Source: Polyangiaceae bacterium
GTDB taxonomy: Bacteria > Myxococcota_A > Polyangia > Polyangiales > Polyangiaceae
Assembly: GCA_965222375.1 (NCBI GenBank)
Contig: CBDCTZ010000011.1
Coordinates: 1-64,000 of the forward strand
Direction: 5' to 3'
Length of the DNA stretch: 64,000 bases
Shown: in pieces, positions 57,766 through 64,000 of the stretch
Layout: the number at the start of each line of letters is the position of its first letter
Position numbering within the stretch: the stretch's first letter is position 1
The notes under the pieces: model-generated
Seen by the model: only the letters and a program-made list of their open reading frames with translations
Told to the model about the DNA's origin: nothing
Databases searched by the model: none
Translations under genes and position numbers: made by a program

Positions 57766-58371
57766 TCAACTGCAGCCGCCGTCATAGTTCCACTGGCCGT
57801 TCGGTTCGCAGGTGGCGACGGTCCAAGCTGCCGAGTCGGGGCATTCGTAGCCGCACTTCGCGGAGTCAGTGCTGGTGCAGGCAGCGCCTTGGGCTGGCGG
57901 CTTGCTCGGACATGGCTGAGGCGCTGTCGCAGGGTTTGGCGGAGGCATCCACTTGCCGACTTCGGAGCAGTGCACCTGACCGGTACATTCGTCGTGGCGG
58001 CGGCAATCGGGGTTGTCGAACTTCCAAACGAGCGGAGGATTCACACCGCTGCCTCCTCCAATGCCGTCCTTGCAGGTGAATGAGAAATCTACGGAGCCAC
58101 TTTGGCAAGCCACCGAGTAGCTGCAGCGCGTGCCGTCGCTGTCGCACTTGACGTCGCCGCCCAGAGAAGGCGCTTGAGCGGGGCATCCAACTGGATTGGC
58201 GCCTCCCGCGCCTCCCGTACCGCCTCCCGCCGCACCAGCGCTTCCCGGACTGTCCTCTGCCGTCGAACCGCAGGCTAGGATCGGCGTGGCCGCCACCAAG
58301 AACGAAGCAAACGCCAAGCCAAGTTTGTGTTTGTGTCTGCGCACGCCTGACCTCCTGTGTCTGGAGTTCAA
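57766..58371 (-). CDS. Cys-rich lipoprotein (CPxxxP..C..CxY repeats)
   Basis: ILAC lipobox; repeats resemble those of 15898-16626. Confidence 0.78.
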   Translation of the reverse strand: MNSRHRRSGVRRHKHKLGLAFASFLVAATPILACGSTAEDSPGSAGAAGGGTGGAGGANPVGCPAQAPSLGGDVKCDSDGTRCSYSVACQSGSVDFSFTCKDGIGGGSGVNPPLVWKFDNPDCRRHDECTGQVHCSEVGKWMPPPNPATAPQPCPSKPPAQGAACTSTDSAKCGYECPDSAAWTVATCEPNGQWNYDGGCS

Positions 58372-58520
58372 GCTAGCTGCGAAGATCCAGTCTCGGTACT
58401 CGCCGAGCCAGTGCCCTCAAGTGTGGAAACTTCAAAGCAAATCTCTGACATTCGCGGCGGCCACTCGCAGACACCGCCTTGTCTCACCCTTGGGTGCTGT
58501 GTCAGCGTGTGCCAGAGAGT

Positions 58521-58537
58521 GCGGCACGAGCATTGCT
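58521..58537 (+). promoter_or_regulatory. Candidate sigma54 promoter upstream of TetR
   Basis: GCGGCACG-AGCA-TTGCT with canonical GG-N10-GC spacing. Confidence 0.4.
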
Positions 58538-58566
58538 TGGGCTCGATGTCTGAACTGGGAGGTCGA

Positions 58567-59208
58567 ATGTCCGGGCTTGCAACGTCGAAGAGGATCAAAG
58601 GTCGCAAGAAGCCGAAGACCCAGGCGGGCGAAGGTATCGCCACGGCACTCGTCACAGCAGCCGAACTCATCCTCGCCGAAGATGGTTTAGAGGGTTACAC
58701 CACCAACCGTGTCGCAATGCGTGCCGGCGTCAGTGTCGGCTCGCTGTACCAGTACTTTCCGAACAAAGAGGCATTGCTCGCGGAACTGGCGCGGCGCATG
58801 GAGCAGCGCACCGCGCGATTGATGCTCGCAACCCTCGAAGCGTGCCGAGAGCGATCCCTCAACGAAACTATCCAAGAGGTCGTCGACCTTCTGCTGAGTG
58901 ACAGACTCAGCACGGGGCGAGTACGACACATCGTGCGTCGAGAGGTGCCGGCCGCGTGGACGGCTCAGACCAGCCAGGCCGTAGACGAAGAAGTCCGCGC
59001 GGCCGTGGCCCAGGAACTGACGCGTCGTCCGGATGTACGCAAGGACGTTTCACCAGAGCTACTGACTTGGATCAGCAGCCATGCCGCAGAGTTGCTCGTG
59101 GAGCAGGCGGTGCTCATGCAGCCGGAGCTTCTCGAAAGCGAAGCTTTCCGCGGCCAGTTGGTCGACATCTTGGAGCGCTACTTGTTCGATCCGGCCAGGG
59201 ATCGGTGA
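58567..59208 (+). CDS. TetR/AcrR family regulator
   Basis: TTNRVA.RAGVSVGSLYQYFPNKEALL; GGAGG RBS. Confidence 0.93.
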   Translation: MSGLATSKRIKGRKKPKTQAGEGIATALVTAAELILAEDGLEGYTTNRVAMRAGVSVGSLYQYFPNKEALLAELARRMEQRTARLMLATLEACRERSLNETIQEVVDLLLSDRLSTGRVRHIVRREVPAAWTAQTSQAVDEEVRAAVAQELTRRPDVRKDVSPELLTWISSHAAELLVEQAVLMQPELLESEAFRGQLVDILERYLFDPARDR

Positions 59209-59227
59209 AGGAAGCGCGGCTGGCCCG

Positions 59228-59725
59228 TCAGGCGTCGGTCGTGAACAAGACGCAGCGATTGCCTTCCGCCGCGCGCGCGAAGAACTCGCGCATGCCCTGA
59301 AAGTTCTCCCAGGTGTACTCGAAGTCTTCCTCGCCCATGTGGCCGGAGTACTCGGTATCCGACAAGGTTTCGTACTGCTCTCGCATCCAGTCGCGAGTCA
59401 CGTCGCTGAGCGCTGGAACGGCCTCTTTCACCTGCTGAGGAGACACGTAGCAGGCGGTGTAGTCGTCGCCGGCGTCGAGAGCCTTGCCTCCGAGTACACC
59501 GTAGGCGAGGGGAAAAGGCCCGGATTCGTACAGCAGTTGTCCGTCCGTGAGGCATCGATGGATGGCGTCCCATGCCTTGTCCGACTGATAGGACCAAGCC
59601 TCGTCCTCGAGATACCGTTCTTCCAGATCCTCCGTGATGAACTCCACGAGTTCGCCGGGGTTGTCGATAGCCAGAGTGCGTTCTTCGTCTCGGGCGGAAA
59701 GTGCTAGGTGTACGCCAAGGGACAT
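59228..59725 (-). CDS. YfbM/DUF1877 family protein
   Basis: DKAWDAIHRCLT; EDFEY..F..AA. Confidence 0.8.
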   Translation of the reverse strand: MSLGVHLALSARDEERTLAIDNPGELVEFITEDLEERYLEDEAWSYQSDKAWDAIHRCLTDGQLLYESGPFPLAYGVLGGKALDAGDDYTACYVSPQQVKEAVPALSDVTRDWMREQYETLSDTEYSGHMGEEDFEYTWENFQGMREFFARAAEGNRCVLFTTDA

Positions 59726-59866
59726 GCGGGACTCCTAGGCCAGATCGCTCGCGAAATCCACGACGCAAGAAGTCCCCCGAGGGAGCGTTGCCCTGGTAAC
59801 CGCCAGTCAGCGCTAGCTGCGGCGGCGAACGCTGCTGCCAGAAGCGAACTGCCCTGCGCTGGGCGT

Positions 59867-60904
59867 TTAGGGCATGCAGCAAAAGGTCAGCGCGCCGGTA
59901 GCCTCGACGCCACCGGATAGGGTGCTGGAGCTGGGGCTGCAGGTGATGTTGGGCTTCGCTTCCGAGTACTTCAACGAACAAACACTCGTCTTCTTGCAGG
60001 AACCCACTTTGTTGGAGCTGGTTACGCTACCAGTGCAGCCACTGCTTCCGGCATACACGTCGACCTTGCTCGCGCTGCAGTCGCCCTGCGGCGCGCCACA
60101 GCTACAGGCCGAGCAGCTCCGCGTGTCGCTGAACCCCTCGTGAAACACTTGCTTCTGGACATACCCTGTGGCCGGGCAGGCGGCATCACCCGGTGCGTAG
60201 ATGCAGACCTTCGCACCGGCGGGAGCTGGTGGCAGGCAAGTTTCCGTTTCGCCACACACGCCGGCAGTCGATCCGGCGCAAGCACGGATTTCGGTGCCCC
60301 AGGTTGGCGTCGGCAGCGTGTGATCTTCCTGCACGGTACAGTCTGCGTTCTGCAGACTCGCTTGGACCTTGAGGTTGGTAGTGAGACAAATGGATCCCGG
60401 GATCGTAAAACACCCACTGCCAGATAGAGACCAATTCTGTTGGCCGAGTGGGGACGTGTTGCAGCTCGCATCGATATGCCCGGAGACCTTTGCCGCACTG
60501 CAGCTAGCGTTGGTCGGCGGCTGACAATCACACGCGCAGCTCGAGGTGCCAGGCTCCAAGTCCGCGAAGACAACATCCGTGCTGAGCACCGACGTTGGAA
60601 AGTCGCCGCCGCACGGCGAGGCTGCGCCCTTTGAATCATCTACCACTACCGGACCCTGCCACCCTGCCGGCGCGCTACCCATGCACTGCTTGCCCAAGCT
60701 GGCGCACGTTTCTGTGGTGCTCGCCTCCGGGCCGGAATCGACATTCACGTCGGCAACCCCGGCGTCGTTGGCCGGGATGGGGCTATCGACGCCTGCGTCC
60801 TGTTCCACGCTGCCGCCCTGGGTACTGTCCAAGTCTGAAAGTAGTGAACAGCCTGCAGTGACGAGGGGCAGCAGCGTGAACAGATGGATGAGCTTGCGGT
60901 CCAT
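59867..60904 (-). CDS. Cys-rich lipoprotein
   Basis: TAGC-SLLSDLD; APAGWQGP, DTRSCSACSCG, TFCC. Confidence 0.8.
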   Translation of the reverse strand: MDRKLIHLFTLLPLVTAGCSLLSDLDSTQGGSVEQDAGVDSPIPANDAGVADVNVDSGPEASTTETCASLGKQCMGSAPAGWQGPVVVDDSKGAASPCGGDFPTSVLSTDVVFADLEPGTSSCACDCQPPTNASCSAAKVSGHIDASCNTSPLGQQNWSLSGSGCFTIPGSICLTTNLKVQASLQNADCTVQEDHTLPTPTWGTEIRACAGSTAGVCGETETCLPPAPAGAKVCIYAPGDAACPATGYVQKQVFHEGFSDTRSCSACSCGAPQGDCSASKVDVYAGSSGCTGSVTSSNKVGSCKKTSVCSLKYSEAKPNITCSPSSSTLSGGVEATGALTFCCMP

Positions 60905-61013
60905 CCAGTAGTGCTAGCGTGCGCTCGCACGCCGCCGTACTCGCAGCATGGACGGCTGCAAGCCCCCGTCGCAGCAGGGTTTTTCGGCTTGCGACGGGGT
61001 GAAGCTCGCGCGG

Positions 61014-61793
61014 CTACTTCTTGTTTTCTGCGTAGATCGCGAAATGCGCGCCCTGGGGATCCGCGCACTGCGCGATCTTATCGCCCCCGGGTACTTCCAT
61101 CGGCCCGTTCATGATCTTGCCGCCGCTGTTCTTGATCCGCTCCACGGTGGCATCGATGTCCTCGACGGTGACGTAGTAGAGCCAGTGCGGAGGCGCGTTC
61201 AGTTTCTTGGCCACGTTCGACATCCCGCCGCGGGTGGTTTCGCTCGCGTCGTGCCACATGAAGTAGGTGCCATCTTCCGGGCCCATGTCGAAGGAGCTCT
61301 TGTGCTTCCAGCCGAACAGCTCGCCGTAGAACTTCCAAGCGGACTCGTAGTCGGTCGTGTTGAGTTCACTCCAACCGATCTCACCCACGGCGTCGTTGCT
61401 CACCTTCATCTCGCCGGTCGGCTTGAAGATGGCGAACACCGCGCCCTGCGGGTCGGCAACGATCGCCACGCGCCCGACGTTTGGAATGTCCCAGGGCTCC
61501 TTGTAGATCTTGCCGCCCAGCTCGGTGATCTTCTTGGCCGCCGCATCGGCGTCTTCCACGGTGGTGTAGGCGAGCCAGTGCGGCGGTGCGCCCATCTTGG
61601 CCGCCTCCTCCGGCAGCGTCATGACGCCACCAATGGGCTGCTCGCCCACGAGCCACATCGTATACGGCTGATCCGCCGGCGCATCCGCATAAGGTTGCGT
61701 CTTCCACCCGATCACCTCGCCATAGAACGCCTTCGCGCCCTCCACGTCCGGGGTCATCAAGTCGAACCAAACGTTGCGTCCTTTGTCTGCCAT
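61014..61793 (-). CDS. Two-domain VOC/glyoxalase family protein
   Basis: Duplicated W.[DE]L.T.D..FYGE.[IF]GW..W..Y..VED..DPQGA.FAI. Confidence 0.92.
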   Translation of the reverse strand: MADKGRNVWFDLMTPDVEGAKAFYGEVIGWKTQPYADAPADQPYTMWLVGEQPIGGVMTLPEEAAKMGAPPHWLAYTTVEDADAAAKKITELGGKIYKEPWDIPNVGRVAIVADPQGAVFAIFKPTGEMKVSNDAVGEIGWSELNTTDYESAWKFYGELFGWKHKSSFDMGPEDGTYFMWHDASETTRGGMSNVAKKLNAPPHWLYYVTVEDIDATVERIKNSGGKIMNGPMEVPGGDKIAQCADPQGAHFAIYAENKK

Positions 61794-62295
61794 GGGGCCC
61801 TCCTGAAAATTTGGGATCAGGACGGTATGGACGCTTGGGACGCAGGTCAACCTGTCGCACATTCATGCCGAGCACCCGCGTCACGGCCGGGTTTTGCGCC
61901 GCATCGGAGCTCAGTTGTCGAGCTTTTCCAGGCGGAGCCCCGCGCGGGCGTAGGAAAGATACAAGTTAGGGCTGATGCGGTGCTGCTCGTCGCAGGATGC
62001 GAAGCTGTCTCGCGACGGAACCAGAGCCTAGAGCTGTCCAGATGTCGTTCGTCTGCGTTGGGCGGGCTGTGGACTGGATCAGGGTGCTCGAACGGTGTGC
62101 TCCACAGGTCTCGCCTCAGGTCATCGGAAGAGCGTGCGTGAAAGTACGACGGGTGTAGGCGAAGCGCCGACGGACGAATTGCTTCGAGGCGCGCTCGCGG
62201 TGCTGGTCCCAGGACGGCGTGCGCGACGGACGGTAGGTGCGGTGGCTAGCGCGTGCTGGCTTGCTTCGAGGGGTGACAATGCTAAGAGCTACTCG

Positions 62296-63393
62296 ATGTC
62301 CAAGATGCGCTGTGCTGGTCTTGTCGCGTGTCTGGTACTAGCGGCTTGCTCGGATGAGAACGGCGCACTCGCCACGGACACAGCACGCAGCTCGATCTAC
62401 TACGGAGCACCGGAGAGTGGAGAGGCCTGGGCCGTGGCGGTGTACTACACGCGACCTGGCACTACGAAACTTCGCCTTTGCACCGGCGCGTTGATCGCCC
62501 CGCGCGCCGTGCTGACAGCGAAGCACTGCGTATTCGACGAGGCTTCCCCAGATGTGTGGCAGGGCCTTCAGCCCTCGCAACTGTCCGCGGCCGTGGGGAC
62601 AGACATGACCGCCCCAATGCAGCAGGAAGCGGGCGTGGTAGATGTGAAGACGACGCCAGGCACTTACACTGCGGCCGACGCACTGGGCGGTGCAGACATC
62701 GCCGTTCTCGTCCTCGACGCTGCGCTCAATGCCCCGCTGAAGTCGGTCTCGTCGGCGCCGCCTCAAGATGGCGACCCCCTGAAGATTATCGGCTTTGGGT
62801 TCACCGAAAGCGATGTGCTCGGCAAGAAGTACTCGGGGACGACGTCTGTCACCAGCATTGATAGCGGCGTCTTCAAATCAGCTGGGCCTGCATGGACCTG
62901 CAGTGGAGACAGCGGCGGCCCGGCTTTGCACACGACCCGCGACGAGATCCTCGGAGTGTCGAGCTATGGTCCGAGTGGCTGCAACGTACCTGACAGCTAC
63001 TACACGCGCGTCGACGCACATGCAGCCTTGATCGCCAGCGCCATCGCGACGAGCGGCGGTGGCGCGGGTGGCGCGAGCGGCGCTGGTGGCGCTAGCGGCT
63101 GCACCCCGAGCCCAGAAGTGTGTGACGGCGTCGACAATGACTGCGATGGCGTGATTGATCCCGGCTGCGGAGCGGGCTGTGACGCCCAAAACCCGTGTTC
63201 GATGGGACTTCAGTGCGTCGCGGGGAAGTGCGTTTCACCAACCGGCCCACCCCAAAACGCAGCCGCGAAGTCTTCCGGCAGCGGTGGTTGCAGCGTGCGC
63301 ACCGGTGCGCCTGGCTCGAGTGGCCTCATGTTTGCTCTCGGCTTCATGCTGGCGCTGCGCCGGCGGCGAGTTCGCGACGGATCTGTGCGTTGA
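62296..63393 (+). CDS. S1 trypsin-like serine protease lipoprotein with CDGVDNDCDG repeat and MYXO-CTERM
   Basis: CTGALI, LTAKHC, DIA, GDSGGP; EVCDGVDNDCDG; GCSV..LALRRRR. Confidence 0.92.
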   Translation: MSKMRCAGLVACLVLAACSDENGALATDTARSSIYYGAPESGEAWAVAVYYTRPGTTKLRLCTGALIAPRAVLTAKHCVFDEASPDVWQGLQPSQLSAAVGTDMTAPMQQEAGVVDVKTTPGTYTAADALGGADIAVLVLDAALNAPLKSVSSAPPQDGDPLKIIGFGFTESDVLGKKYSGTTSVTSIDSGVFKSAGPAWTCSGDSGGPALHTTRDEILGVSSYGPSGCNVPDSYYTRVDAHAALIASAIATSGGGAGGASGAGGASGCTPSPEVCDGVDNDCDGVIDPGCGAGCDAQNPCSMGLQCVAGKCVSPTGPPQNAAAKSSGSGGCSVRTGAPGSSGLMFALGFMLALRRRRVRDGSVR

Positions 63394-63506
63394 GGCACAC
63401 GCGCGGAGCTGTAGTGGGCGAGTGCGCTGTCGCTGGACAGTTTGGAGCCCCGGCGCGTGGCTCACTGTCGCGTGCATTCAAGTCCAGACCCCACCACGTG
63501 GTCAGC

Positions 63507-64000
63507 TTACTTGGTACCCAGTGCGGCCATTGCAGAGTAGTGGCGCTTGGAGGGGCCGCCTGTCGAATGTAGCGTCCAGTCGTTGCCATTGAATGTCCAC
63601 GTTTCAGTTACATCCGCATCCGTGAAACCAGTTAGAACGACGTTGCTACTCGTGGTCACCATGCCCATGGGGATCAGGTCAGGCGTAGGTGCTTGGATTC
63701 TGGTCCATTGTTGGCTGTCCGTTGTCCACGTTTCGGCTGGCGCGTTGTTGATGGGATGGCCGTAGAGCACGCCCAACCCATTCAATGTGGCGGCCTGTGA
63801 TCGAATGGACGTAGCCGGCACAGGCGGGATGAAGATCTGTGTCCAACTTGAGGCGAACGTCCAAGTGTCGTGCACGACCAGCCCGCCCTCGCCGGCAATC
63901 CCGTGCCACCCACCGTACAGCATTAGCTTGTCTTGTACCGGGGTCATCCACGTGAGAGTTCGGGAGTCCGGGGCTGGCCCGTCGATGCGTGTCCACGTGA
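63507..64000 (-). CDS. Kelch-like repeat protein, C-terminal part (start outside window)
   Basis: LYGG..DTW.F..W repeats; frame open to the window edge. Confidence 0.8.
   Translation of the reverse strand, partial: TWTRIDGPAPDSRTLTWMTPVQDKLMLYGGWHGIAGEGGLVVHDTWTFASSWTQIFIPPVPATSIRSQAATLNGLGVLYGHPINNAPAETWTTDSQQWTRIQAPTPDLIPMGMVTTSSNVVLTGFTDADVTETWTFNGNDWTLHSTGGPSKRHYSAMAALGTK

Noticed and set aside
61794..62295. Possible gene remnant or ncRNA in a 500-bp intergenic gap
   Set aside because: Only a short start-less open stretch on the minus strand; no recognisable motif or stable structure.

Overview
GC-rich window from a myxobacterium (Polyangiaceae-like, inferred from MYXO-CTERM tails, Ser/Thr kinase + TPR/PEGA pairs, a Myxococcales-type ECF sigma factor and a DUF1592/DUF1552 pair). 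About 60 CDS. Roughly 20 are secreted or lipoprotein genes with Gly-rich linkers and Cys-rich domains, several as tandem paralogs. The rest include signalling genes (3 Ser/Thr kinases, FHA-sigma54 activator, PilZ, TetR, RHH), a zwf-pgl-gnd operon, an ABC transporter and assorted enzymes. No rRNA, tRNA, CRISPR array, transposase or reverse transcriptase was seen. Most notable: (1) a B12-binding radical SAM enzyme fused in frame to an internal lipoprotein-like signal and an extracytoplasmic Cys-containing domain; (2) a kinase-TPR/PEGA-ECF cluster flanked by four lipoproteins sharing an N-terminal C-x-x-[LV][LF]-G-I-E-[ED] motif on different C-terminal domains; (3) six copies of a dispersed intergenic REP-like element; (4) candidate sigma54 and leaderless promoters and a DnaA-box-bearing inverted repeat. 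Six apparent single-base frameshifts (five +1 within 19.6-20.7 kb) are probably assembly errors. All family calls come from motif recognition by eye, not database searches.
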